A stretch of DNA of 59,518 nucleotides, counting the filler, from Nitrospinae bacterium RIFCSPLOWO2_12_FULL_45_22 (GTDB taxonomy: Bacteria > 2-12-FULL-45-22): assembly GCA_001803565.1 (NCBI GenBank). It is 6 parts of 6 records of this genome, joined end to end, with 100 filler letters (N's around TTAATTAATTAA, not from the genome) between each part and the next. Parts side by side here need not be neighbours in the genome. Positions count along the whole stretch, not along the records: positions 31,269 to 40,077 come from MHDQ01000089.1; positions 40,178 to 47,369 come from MHDQ01000090.1; positions 47,470 to 59,518 come from MHDQ01000091.1; 3 more parts are not named here. One strand, 5' to 3'. The number at the start of each line of letters is the position of its first letter. The first letter of the stretch is position 1. Positions 38,784 through 48,856 of this stretch are shown here, piece by piece. The translations under genes and the position numbers were made by a program. Under the pieces are notes generated by a model. It saw only the letters and a program-made list of their open reading frames with translations. It ran no database searches and was not told where the DNA came from.

Positions 38784-39206
38784 TTATGAGATTATATCTT
38801 TACCAATTTCATCCATAAACTCTTTGGGGGTAATTATCCTGATGCCCTTAAATCTTTCAAAACGGAAGTGTTTTTTATTTCCGGTGATAATAAAATCTGC
38901 TTTGGCTTTGAGGGCACATTCTAAAATGCGGTTATCAGCTTCATCCTCCGTGATGATGTCTAACTTTTTGGTTGGTTTGACTATTGTTGCTTTTTGGTTA
39001 ATTTCTTCAATTAACTCCATGATTTCATTATGGCCAAGTTTGAAACGGGGTCTTTTAAGGACTTCCTCATATTCTTTTATAAGTGCTGGAGAAATAAAAA
39101 GCCTTACTTTATCTTCTAAAGCTAAGGATAAAAGTAAGGCCGGCAGGCTTTCTTTTTTGAGAGCGGCTGAAACTATCAGATTAGTGTCATAAACTACTTT
39201 GAGCAT
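38784..39206 (-). CDS. PIN-domain toxin (VapC-like)
   Basis: VVYDTN...EYEEVL.RP.F...DEADNRILECA....ADFIITGN. Confidence 0.9.
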   Translation of the reverse strand: MLKVVYDTNLIVSAALKKESLPALLLSLALEDKVRLFISPALIKEYEEVLKRPRFKLGHNEIMELIEEINQKATIVKPTKKLDIITEDEADNRILECALKAKADFIITGNKKHFRFERFKGIRIITPKEFMDEIGKDIIS

Positions 39207-39209
39207 AGG

Positions 39210-39497
39210 TTAGCGGCCTTGCCTAAAGGTCTTAATTTCTGCGTCTATCTCCTCTAAAGCAAGTTTATTTGTTCCAGCCTTTTTAGCCTGTTCTTGAAGT
39301 TTCGTTAAGGATTTAGGTTGTTTAATAATATTTTTTAAATAATCCTCCACACTTAAAATTACCGCCGTTGCTTCCCCTTTTTTGCTAATCAAAAAACGGT
39401 CTTGATATTTCTTAACCCTTTCTAAAATTTGGCCTAATTGTGTTCTGGCTATAAGGGCCGAGATTTCTTGGGTCACTTTTAGGTCTCCTTTCCTCAC
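39210..39497 (-). CDS. Phd/YefM family antitoxin
   Basis: ISALIARTQLGQILERV......ISKKGE..AVILSVEDY; immediately upstream of the PIN gene. Confidence 0.85.
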   Translation of the reverse strand: MRKGDLKVTQEISALIARTQLGQILERVKKYQDRFLISKKGEATAVILSVEDYLKNIIKQPKSLTKLQEQAKKAGTNKLALEEIDAEIKTFRQGR

Positions 39498-39542
39498 TAT
39501 TCTCCCTCCTTTAGTAGTGATTAATTAATTAGTTGTGATTTC

Positions 39543-39570
39543 ATCTTATCATTGGGGGGTTGTTTGTCAA
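39543..39570 (-). promoter_or_regulatory. Candidate promoter of the toxin-antitoxin operon
   Basis: TTGACA-16 nt-TAAGAT with TGn extension, followed by repeated AATCAC(A/T)ACTA. Confidence 0.45.
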
Positions 39571-40077
39571 GGGATAAGTAGTTTTACGATTGAGGCAGTT
39601 GCGAAATTTTAAGAGGACTGACAAATAAGGATATGCAGGTGGGCAAAAAATATTTTACCCCAGAGGAGTGCTGTAAAATCGGGTTTTTCAGTTAGAGGTT
39701 ACTACAGGAATAAGTGTCAACAAATATCTTCTCTTGGCTATAATGACCCTGAACACTTTAGCCAGAATAAAAAGCTATCCCAGATAAAAATGAATTTCTA
39801 CACAAAACGGCGTCAGGATGACGCACGTGGATAAGTTGGGGAGTTGAGAAATAAGGGATTTAGGTAAGGAGAAAAAAATAGAATGTAGCACTTTTAGACA
39901 GGAGGCGACGGAGAGAAAGAATATAAGCTGGGTTGGCTTGAGGGTTTTTAGTTGGGCCTTTCTTTTGGTCACTCCTACTGCCTTTTATTTAGAAGAGGGT
40001 AGCTTGAAGTTTTCTTGGTTTAGATGCCTCTATCTTCTGGTCTTTCCAGAGTCCCTCTATAAGGGTATCAATGGTAT

Positions 40078-40177
40078 NNNNNNNNNNNNNNNNNNNNNNN
40101 NNNNNNNNNNNNNNNNNNNNNTTAATTAATTAANNNNNNNNNNNNNNNNNNNNNNNNNNNNNNNNNNNNNNNNNNNN
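40078..40177. other. Artificial contig linker
   Basis: N-TTAATTAATTAA-N. Confidence 0.98.
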
Positions 40178-40178
40178 C

Positions 40179-41711
40179 CGCAGGACGCGGGACGAGTATG
40201 GTATACCTACTCTTCTCCTGATGGAAAATGCCGCTTCAGGAATTACCCGTACTGTAGTGGAAATGCTGGGCTCAGTCAGCAGGAAACGGGTAACAGTCAT
40301 ATGCGGCAAGGGGAATAATGGNNNNNNNNNNNNNNNNNNNNNNNNNNNNNNNNNNNNNNNNNNNNNNNNNNNNNNNNNNNNNNNNNNNNNNNNNNNNNNN
40401 NNNNNNNNNNNNNNNNNNNNNNNNNNNNNNNNNNNNNNNNNNNNNNNNNNNNNNNNNNNNNNNNNNNNNNNNNNNNNNNNNNNNNNNNNNNNNNNNNCGG
40501 CGCTGAATCACAGCCATATGATTTTAGATGCCATGATCGGCACAGGTCTCTCTTCAACAGTCAAAGAAGAATATAAGGAAGTGATAGAACTTATTAATGA
40601 TTCCAACAGACCGGTAGTTGCAGTAGATATACCCACTGGAATCGCCTCAGATACAGGTGAGGTTNNNNNNNNNNNNNNNNNNNNNNNNNNNNNNNNNNNN
40701 NNNNNNNNNNNNNNNNNNNNNNNNNNNNNNNNNNNNNNNNNNNNNNNNNNNNNNNNNNNNNAAATAGTTGATATATCCATACCAAAATCCGCTATTGAGA
40801 AAGAGGCAATATATTTAAACCTCCTCACAGAGGAGGATATGCAAAGCATCATCCCATCCCGGCAGACTGACACCCACAAAGGGACGAATGGACATGTGCT
40901 GGTAATCGCCGGCTCCATCGGTAAAGGCGGTGCAGCAGCAATGACTGCTTTATCCTGTCTCAGGTCAGGCTCAGGGCTTGTAACACTTGCAGTGCCGGAG
41001 AGTGTACAGCCGATAGCAGCCATGAAACTTACGGAGGTCATGACACATCCCCTTGCCGAGACTGATGAGAAGTCAATCGCAGCTTCTGCTGTACACATGA
41101 TACTGGAACTATCCAGGGACAAGCAAGTCGTTGCAATAGGACCAGGGCTCACAACGCACAAGGAAACGGTGTCAGTAGTAAAGAGTCTGGTAAAAGAAAC
41201 CGGCATACCCATGGTAATTGATGCAGATGCTATAAATGCGCTTGCAGACTCACCAGGACTACTCAAGGAGAGGAAGTCTCCCACTATACTTACCCCTCAT
41301 CCGGGTGAGATGGGCAGACTTACCGGAAAGAGTACAGCAGAAGTTCAGAAGGATCGTATCGGGGTTGCCCGGGGTTTTGCTATGGAGCATGGCGTATACA
41401 TCGTGTTAAAAGGGGCACATACTGTAATTGCTGAACCCTCCGGAGCAGTGCATATCTCCGCCACCGGCAATCCGGGAATGGCATCCGGAGGGACAGGTGA
41501 TGCACTTACAGGTATAATAGCAGGGCTTATCGCACAGGGACTTGAGACTGCAGACGCAGCGAAACTTGGTGTATATCTCCATGGCCTTGCAGGGGATTTA
41601 GCAGCAGAAGAAACAGGGATGATTGGCATGATTGCAGGTGACCTTATAGGGCGTATACCGGCAGCAATAAAGCAGGTAGCAGGTAGCAGTAAGCAGGTAA
41701 ATCTAAATTAA
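40179..41711 (+). CDS. nnr: Bifunctional NAD(P)H-hydrate epimerase/dehydratase (5' truncated, gapped)
   Basis: LMENA, CGKGNN, DAMIGTG, AVDIPTG, HKG..GHV...GS, IGPGL, DADA, TPHPGEM, GGTGDAL. Confidence 0.92.
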   Translation, partial: RRTRDEYGIPTLLLMENAASGITRTVVEMLGSVSRKRVTVICGKGNNXXXXXXXXXXXXXXXXXXXXXXXXXXXXXXXXXXXXXXXXXXXXXXXXXXXXXXXXXXXXALNHSHMILDAMIGTGLSSTVKEEYKEVIELINDSNRPVVAVDIPTGIASDTGEVXXXXXXXXXXXXXXXXXXXXXXXXXXXXXXXXXIVDISIPKSAIEKEAIYLNLLTEEDMQSIIPSRQTDTHKGTNGHVLVIAGSIGKGGAAAMTALSCLRSGSGLVTLAVPESVQPIAAMKLTEVMTHPLAETDEKSIAASAVHMILELSRDKQVVAIGPGLTTHKETVSVVKSLVKETGIPMVIDADAINALADSPGLLKERKSPTILTPHPGEMGRLTGKSTAEVQKDRIGVARGFAMEHGVYIVLKGAHTVIAEPSGAVHISATGNPGMASGGTGDALTGIIAGLIAQGLETADAAKLGVYLHGLAGDLAAEETGMIGMIAGDLIGRIPAAIKQVAGSSKQVNLN

Positions 41712-41720
41712 GGAGCAAGA

Positions 41721-42179
41721 ATGGCTACAGCCAAAGACATAATGACTAAAGAGGTCATAACAGTTACAACGGACGTAACCATCGAAGGTCTCGCCCGCAT
41801 CCTTACGAAACACGACATCAGCGGGGCGCCGGTAGTTGATGAAGAGGGTAAACTCATCGGAATTGTAACAGAAAGCGACCTGATAAAGATGGAGCAGAGA
41901 CTTCATATCCCCACAGTAATCAACATCTTTGATGCAGTAATATATCTTGGAAGCTCAAAGAAATTTGAAGAGGATATCAAGAGAATGGCTGCAACCACGG
42001 TCGGGGATATATTCAAGAAAGATGTGGTAACAATAACCGAAAGCGCTACCATTGAAGAAATAGCTACAATTATGAGTGAGAAGAATATCCACCACCTCCC
42101 CGTCATCAAAAAAGGAAAGCTTGCCGGCATAGTGGGAAAGAAGGATATTGTGAAGGCAATCGCAAAAGGTGAGAGATAA
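41721..42179 (+). CDS. CBS-domain protein
   Basis: DIMTKEVITV, ISGAPVVD..GKLIGIVTESD, HHLPV...GKLAGIV. Confidence 0.9.
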   Translation: MATAKDIMTKEVITVTTDVTIEGLARILTKHDISGAPVVDEEGKLIGIVTESDLIKMEQRLHIPTVINIFDAVIYLGSSKKFEEDIKRMAATTVGDIFKKDVVTITESATIEEIATIMSEKNIHHLPVIKKGKLAGIVGKKDIVKAIAKGER

Positions 42180-42194
42180 ATACCCGAGTAAAAT

Positions 42195-42683
42195 TTGAAT
42201 TACTCGATTACAATCAAGACGACGAGTGTTAAAGAAACAATAGCAATTGGAAAAAAATTGGGGAAGCTCATGTCACCCGGCGATGTAATATACCTGACAG
42301 GCGAGCTTGGTGCCGGCAAGACCTGTNNNNNNNNNNNNNNNNNNNNNNNNNNNNNNNNNNNNNNNNNNNNNNNNNNNNNNNNNNNNNNNNNNNNNNNNNN
42401 NNNNNNNNNAGGGAAAATCCCTCTTTATCANNNNNNNNNNNNNNNNNNNNNNNNNNNNNNNNNNNNNNNNNNNNNNNNNNNNNNNNNAATTGTATACGGT
42501 AAAGGGGTCACGGCGATTGAATGGGCCGAAAGGATAAAGGATGTACTGCCGGATGAGAGGCTGGATATAACATTGAAGTGGGTGGATGATAAGACACGCT
42601 CTATTGAGATACGAGCGTTTGGACATCATCACAAAGAAATACTGGATAAACTTGGAGAAGGAAAGAGTAGTAGTCATGGATAG
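42195..42683 (+). CDS. tsaE: t6A biosynthesis ATPase TsaE (gapped)
   Basis: GELGAGKT, GVTAIEWAE; position downstream of nnr. Confidence 0.9.
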   Translation: MNYSITIKTTSVKETIAIGKKLGKLMSPGDVIYLTGELGAGKTCXXXXXXXXXXXXXXXXXXXXXXXXXXXXGKIPLYXXXXXXXXXXXXXXXXXXXXIVYGKGVTAIEWAERIKDVLPDERLDITLKWVDDKTRSIEIRAFGHHHKEILDKLGEGKSSSHG

Positions 42684-43359
42684 CGGAACAGATGCAATTG
42701 AAATAATCAAAGACATGAAGGAATATCTGCTTTCCTTGAAAGAAAGCGGTGTGGAAGAGGTCTGGGCTGAGGAAATCCCCTCTGAAACACCGGCACAAAA
42801 GCCTCGGCAGCTTGAAGCACTGCGGGAAAAAATCGGCGATTGCCATAGATGTAAGCTCTGGGAAGGGAGAACTAACATAGTCTTCGGCACAGGCAGCCCT
42901 GATGCAGCCTTGATGTTTGTCGGCGAAGGCCCTGGACAGGAGGAAGACAGGCAGGGTAAGCCGTTTGTCGGAAGGGCAGGAGACTTACTTACAAAGATGA
43001 TTGCAGCAATGGGGCTCACGCGGGATAACGTTTACATAGCAAATGTGATAAAATGCAGACCTCCGGGCAACAGGAACCCGGAGGAGGATGAGATTGCATC
43101 CTGTAAGCCATTTCTCAATGAACAGATTGACATACTCAGACCTAAGGTTATATGTGCTCTGGGGACATTTGCAGCTCAGACCTTGCTTGATACAAAGACA
43201 AGGATCAGTGACCTGAGGGAAAAGATTCATGAGAGAGGCGGTTACAAAATAGTGCCCACATTCCATCCGGCATATCTCCTGAGGAATCCAAATGAGAAGC
43301 GCCGTGCGTGGGAAGACTTGCAGATTGTAATGAAAGAATTGGGACTGGTTGGGGAATGA
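42676..43359 (+). CDS. Uracil-DNA glycosylase family 4
   Basis: CHRCKL, VGEGPG, PFVGRAG, KCRPPGNR, TFHPAYLLR. Confidence 0.93.
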   Translation: MDSGTDAIEIIKDMKEYLLSLKESGVEEVWAEEIPSETPAQKPRQLEALREKIGDCHRCKLWEGRTNIVFGTGSPDAALMFVGEGPGQEEDRQGKPFVGRAGDLLTKMIAAMGLTRDNVYIANVIKCRPPGNRNPEEDEIASCKPFLNEQIDILRPKVICALGTFAAQTLLDTKTRISDLREKIHERGGYKIVPTFHPAYLLRNPNEKRRAWEDLQIVMKELGLVGE

Positions 43360-43363
43360 TTAA

Positions 43364-43849
43364 ATGAAACAACTATGGGCGCCATGGAGGTTGAACTATA
43401 TCTTAGAAGGCACTACTGACGAGTGTATCTTCTGCGTAAAACCAAAGGAAGATAAAGACAAAGACAATCTGATCCTCTTCAGAGGAAAACATGCCTTTGT
43501 TATAATGAACCTCTACCCGTATGGCAATGGCCATCTCATGATAGTCCCTTATGAACATGCAAGAGAACTAAACGAACTGCCGGAAGGCACCCTCCTTGAT
43601 CTAATGCTTCTCACAAGGAAGTCAGAGAATGTCCTGAAGAAGATATTCCAGGCACAGGGTTTTAATATAGGGATAAACCTCGGCAAGGCAGCAGGAGCTG
43701 GAATAGATGAACATCTGCATATTCACATCGTTCCCAGATGGATAGGTGACACTAATTTTATGCCTGTACTCGCTGATATTAAGGTAATACCACAGCATAT
43801 ATGGGCAACCTATGACCTCCTTCTGCCATTTTTCAGGGAGGAAAAATAA
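43364..43849 (+). CDS. HIT-family hydrolase
   Basis: LWAPWR, CIFC, NLYPY..GH, HLHIHIVPRW. Confidence 0.92.
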   Translation: MKQLWAPWRLNYILEGTTDECIFCVKPKEDKDKDNLILFRGKHAFVIMNLYPYGNGHLMIVPYEHARELNELPEGTLLDLMLLTRKSENVLKKIFQAQGFNIGINLGKAAGAGIDEHLHIHIVPRWIGDTNFMPVLADIKVIPQHIWATYDLLLPFFREEK

Positions 43850-43861
43850 AGGAGGTAAAGA

Positions 43862-44116
43862 ATGCTGCGTATTATCTTCGCCCTTATTATTGTAATCATA
43901 CTTGCTGTTATGGCAATGGCTAATAAAGAATTGGTCAGTATCAGCTACGTCTTAGGTTCCACATCACCGCTGCCCCTCTATCTCGTGCTAATTGTGACTT
44001 TTTTTATCAGTGCATTTGTATTCACATTAATCCTGTTACCCTCATGGATTCGGGACAAGATGGAGATAAGAAAGCTGCGGCGAAGGCTCAGGGATATGGA
44101 AGAAACAAGAAACTGA
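43862..44116 (+). CDS. LapA-family small membrane protein
   Basis: Two TM segments with N...V.I.Y...PL and a basic coiled tail. Confidence 0.65.
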   Translation: MLRIIFALIIVIILAVMAMANKELVSISYVLGSTSPLPLYLVLIVTFFISAFVFTLILLPSWIRDKMEIRKLRRRLRDMEETRN

Positions 44117-44127
44117 GATAACATCAG

Positions 44128-46764
44128 ATGACAAACCAGGATCAGTTAACCCCCCTTTTACGCCAATACCAGAACATAAAAAAAGAACACAGGGATGCAA
44201 TATTATTCTTCAGGATGGGGGATTTCTATGAGATGTTTTTTGATGATGCCGTCACTGCATCAAAAATACTTGAGATAGCGCTTACTACACGGGATAAGCG
44301 AAATGAGAATCCCATTCCAATGTGCGGAATCCCATACCATGCAGCGGATTCATACCTCCCTAAGCTGATCAGGGCCGGACACAAAGTCGCTATTTGTGAA
44401 CAGACAGAAGACCCGGCAACAGCAAAGGGAATAGTAAGGCGTGAAGTGATACGGGTTGTAAGTCCGGGAACAGTGCTTGATGGGAACCTGCTTGAGTCTA
44501 AGGAAAACAATTACATTGCATCTATATATCATGGAAGGGACATGGCAGGTCTGGCTTTTGTGGACATCTCTACAGGGGATTTCTATATTGGGGAAGCACC
44601 TGTCCTGAGAGAAGTCGAAGGAGTGAGGGTGGGTCTTTCAGACGAAATATCCCGCATAGCCCCAAAAGAGTTAATAGTACCTCAAGGTCTTGACTGCTCG
44701 AAATTTCTCAAAAACAGTCAACTGCAGATGCTGTGCATCAATACATGTCCCATAGAAATGTTTGAATTCAACAGGGCTTCATCAATCTTCAATGAACATA
44801 TAAAAGAGAAGCCGCCTGAATTTGCAGGTATTGATACACTCAGCCCGGCAATAAACGCAGCCGGTGCTCTCCTGAACTATCTTTCTGAAACCCAGAAGAC
44901 ATCGCTCAGGAATATCAACAGCGTTAAGGTCTGGCGGCATGATCAATATATGATTGTAGACGACGCGGCACAACGGACTCTCGAGCTTGTTAAGTCATCA
45001 CAAACAGGTCAGCGTAAGGGCACCCTGTTTCATCTTCTGGATAAGACAATGACACCCATGGGAGGAAGACTGTTGAGACAATGGATACTCAATCCGCTCA
45101 TGGACACTAATGAGATCATTAAACGGCAGGATGCAATTGAAGAATCAAAGAATAATTTCACTCTAAGATATAAATTGAGAGAGCTTTTAAGCAATATCCA
45201 CGATATGGAGCGCACCATAAGCAGGATTACTCTCAAGTAGGCAAATGCACGCGACCTTGTATCTCTGAATCAATGCCTCGGAATTATACCTGAATTAAAA
45301 GGGCTCCTTTCCGGATCTTCGGATCCTATGATTAGCATGGCAGTTAACATGACAGATGGTGTTGGAGAACTGAGAAAGTTAANNNNNNNNNNNNNNNNNN
45401 NNNNNNNNNNNNNCTCAATCACAGACGGCGGCATTATCAGAGATGGTTATAACCGTGATCTCGATGAACTGCGTGAAATAAGCCGTGAGGGGAAGGGATG
45501 GATTGCAAGGCTTGAGGCAAAGGAACGGCAGAGGTCGGGCATAGACTCCCTGAAGATCCGCTACAACAGGGTCTTCGGGTACTACATTGAGGTTACAAAG
45601 GCAAACATTCATAATGCCCCGCAGGACTATATAAGAAAGCAGACACTTGTCGGAGCTGAACGGTTTATCACACCCGAGCTGAAGGAATATGAGGAAAAGG
45701 TGCTGGGGGCGGATGATAAGATAAAAAGGCTTGAACATCATTTATTTGAAGAAATACGGGAAACAACGGCAAGAGACGTTGAGAATATACAGAGGAGTGC
45801 AAAGGGGATTGCAGTAATAGATGTAATAGCGGCGCTGGCAGAGGCAGCCCACTCGTATCATTATGTCAGGCCTGTTGTAAGCCATGGTTTCACAATAAAG
45901 ATAAAAGACGGCAGGCATCCTGTAATAGAACAGATGGGCCTTGGTGAGCGCTTTGTACCTAATGACATGGAACTGGATTATGAGAAAAACAGGCTTATGG
46001 TCCTTACAGGTCCCAACATGGCAGGTAAATCAACCTATATGCGGCAGGCGGCAATGATCGTGCTGATGGCGCAGACAGGAAGTTTTGTCCCTGCCAGCGA
46101 GGCACGGATAGGGGTCGTTGACCGTATATTCACAAGGATTGGGGCATCGGATAATCTAAGTGAGGGGCGAAGCACATTCATGGTTGAGATGGAAGAGACT
46201 GCGAGTATTCTGCGTAACGCTACTCACCGCAGCCTTATATTGCTTGATGAGATCGGCCGCGGGACAAGCACCTTTGACGGCATAAGCATAGCATGGGCCT
46301 CTGCTGAATTCATAAACAGGATGCTGCGGGCAAAGACACTATTCGCTACCCACTATCATGAACTGACCGAACTTGCACTCACTACAGAAGGGATATTCAA
46401 TGCACACATGGCTGTACGTGAATGGAACGATGAGGTTATTTTCCTGAGAAAAGTTATGCCAGGGATGGCTGATAAGAGCTATGGTATCCAGGTAGCAAGA
46501 CTTGCAGGTATACCTATGGAGGTGATAAACAGATCTAAGGAAGTACTCGCCAACTTAGAGAAAGAGGAGCTGGACGATTCAGGTATGCCGAAATTGGCAC
46601 ACTCTGATAAAGACAAAGAGAGGCATGCCTCTCAGATAGATATATTCAGTCCACCCGATGAAACCCATCCGATATTGATTGAACTAAAAGAGATGGACAT
46701 AATGAACATGACCCCCCTTGAGGCACTGGCAAAACTTGATGCGCTCAAGAGGCGGATACCGTAA
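44128..46764 (+). CDS. mutS: DNA mismatch repair protein MutS, interrupted by one in-frame TAG at 45238-45240
   Basis: [30 protein letters not shown] continues in frame after the [40 protein letters not shown]. Confidence 0.93.
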
Positions 46765-47369
46765 TGCTTCTATGGATTGGATTCATAGCATGCACGGCAG
46801 CAATTGTCTACTCAGGAACACGCCTGTCAAAATACGNNNNNNNNNNNNNNNNNNNNNNNNGTCTGGGGAGGGCATGGATTGGTGTTGTCCTTATGGCGTC
46901 TGTTACCTCACTTCCTGAATTAGTCACAGGGATAACATCTGTTACATATGCAAATGTACCTGATATTGCTGTAGGCGATGTGCTTGGAAGTTGTGTGTTT
47001 AACATGTTAATACTTGCCTTTCTTGATGTCCTTTACAAGACAATGCCTGTATCAACAAAGGCCAATCAGGGGCATGTATTATCTGCCGGTTTCGGCATAC
47101 TCCTTTTGAGTACCATTGCATTCAGCCTGTATGCACATAGTTACATACCTTCAATATTATGGATAGGGGCATACAGTCTTTGTACTTTATTTATATATAT
47201 TATTGCAATGAGGTTGATATTCTATTATGAAAAGCGCCAGATGTCCAAATACCTGGAAGAGATTGCAACTGAAACTAAATATGAAGATATATCAACAAAA
47301 AATGCAGTCTTGCACTACACAATTAATGCATTCTTTGTAATTATTGCAGCCGCCTTTCTGCCAAAGATC
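46764..47369 (+). CDS. Sodium:calcium antiporter (YrbG-like), 3' truncated
   Basis: TSLPELVT...GDVLGSCVFN alpha-repeat. Confidence 0.85.
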
Positions 47370-47469
47370 NNNNNNNNNNNNNNNNNNNNNNNNNNNNNNN
47401 NNNNNNNNNNNNNTTAATTAATTAANNNNNNNNNNNNNNNNNNNNNNNNNNNNNNNNNNNNNNNNNNNN
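47370..47469. other. Artificial contig linker
   Basis: N-TTAATTAATTAA-N. Confidence 0.98.
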
Positions 47470-48384
47470 GAATTTTTCTATCGCCTCTTTTTCTGTTCTG
47501 GAAAATGATTGGACTACTGTAAATTTTGGTCTTTTATTTTCGTTATTAGGCGAAACCTTGAGGGCAATATATTTCCCTTTTTTTTTGCAAAGCCAGGTCT
47601 GCCTCACCAAAGGCACAACAGCACCACAAGCCGGATTTTTGCATTTAACTGTCCTTGTCCATAGATATGCAACTGGATTCAAGATATTAGTAGCTTTGAG
47701 AGTTTGTTGTTTGGGTTTTCTTTCAAAGATTTCTTTCTGCTCTGGAATCTTTATGAATTTTTCTTCCTGTATTAAATTTTTATACAAATCCCCAATCTCT
47801 TCCTTTGCCTTCTCAATGACCCACCTGCCCCATTTCTCTACTTCATCAACCAGTCTCTTGCCATATTTCTGCGGATATACCAGGGTGGCAAGGAGAACGA
47901 TATAAGCCACGGGATTTAGTTCCACGGCATAGGCATCACAGCCGAGCCTCAATGCCTCAAGGGGAATTGAACCTCCACCAGCAAACATATCCAAGATTTT
48001 TGGCCTTGGCGCCCTTCCTTCTTCAATATCCTTTGCAGTAATCTCTTTCCCAGGTTCTTTTGACAGCCTTTCTGCATGCGCCTCGTAAATGTGTTTCCGG
48101 GCCTCTTTTATTGCCTGTTCTGTCTGTAATCTCGTTTGAGATTCTCCTCCGTATTTGCATAATCTCTGGATAAATCCTGATTTTGGCCCTCTACCATTCT
48201 TCTCTTTTGGTGCAGGAATTAAAGAGGCATACACAGCCGCCCGGCAGGCAACAAGTGGCCGGCGTGCCCACCAGAGATGTAAGGTTGATATATGCCCTTG
48301 CCTGATAGACTTTTCTCTGGCAGATTCTTTACTTATCTCCTTTATCGGCAAGAAGTCCTCAATTAGCCGTTTGTCGTTTTCCAT
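47470..48384 (-). CDS. DUF1156-domain adenine-specific DNA methylase, 3' truncated
   Basis: RLIE..LP...[60 protein letters not shown]. Confidence 0.88.
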
Positions 48385-48387
48385 GTT

Positions 48388-48557
48388 TTACCCTTTTATA
48401 ACTTTTAAAAACCTTTCCTTAAAACCAATAATTGTTAATCCAACAATTTCATTTGTATCCTCTCTATAACGCACAATTATTCCCTCTCCAACATCCACAC
48501 CTATTGCCTTCNNNNNNNNNNNNNNNNNNNNNNNNCAAGTATTTTTAACGCTTCCAT
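48388..48557 (-). CDS. DUF2283-like small protein (putative antitoxin), spans a gap
   Basis: MEALKIL-[gap]-KAIGVDVGEGIIVRYREDTNEIVGLTIIGF...*; missed by the ORF track. Confidence 0.7.
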
Positions 48558-48856
48558 AAAACTTCCCTCCATTTTAATGGCTTGTTTGTAAAGTACGCTG
48601 TCAACACAAATCCATCTATCTTATTTATCTCTTTATACACTACAAGTAAGTATTTAGAAGTCAAAGGCGTTTCCGCATGGAATTTAATTGCAATCAATGT
48701 TAAATAATCACCTTTTTGTACCAAATCAGGATTGGTCAAAGCATCAATTACTTTGTCCTTTTCTTTAACCATTTCTGGATGTCTGGAAGTGATATGTTTC
48801 CATCTTTCAGTGGTCAATCTGACAGGCACACCATTGACTGAATATGCAATTATCAT
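48545..48856 (-). CDS. Small putative toxin (RelE/BrnT-like fold suspected) paired with DUF2283
   Basis: VRLT.ERW.HI...HPEM...PD....GD...KYLLVVYKE....GFVLTAYF; overlaps both neighbours. Confidence 0.55.
   Translation of the reverse strand: MIIAYSVNGVPVRLTTERWKHITSRHPEMVKEKDKVIDALTNPDLVQKGDYLTLIAIKFHAETPLTSKYLLVVYKEINKIDGFVLTAYFTNKPLKWREVLWKR

Noticed and set aside
39519-39531. TTAATTAATTA resembling the linker
   Set aside because: Not flanked by Ns; it is natural AT-rich sequence in the toxin-antitoxin promoter region
39700-40077. Possible end of a mobile element or gene tail (TIDTLIEGLWKDQK...QATLF*) at the contig end
   Set aside because: No recognisable motif or terminal repeat partner
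13634-47469. Recurrent TTAATTAATTAA within N runs, and ORFs ending in ...XXLIN
   Set aside because: Artificial contig linkers, not biological repeats; ORFs crossing them are truncated artefacts
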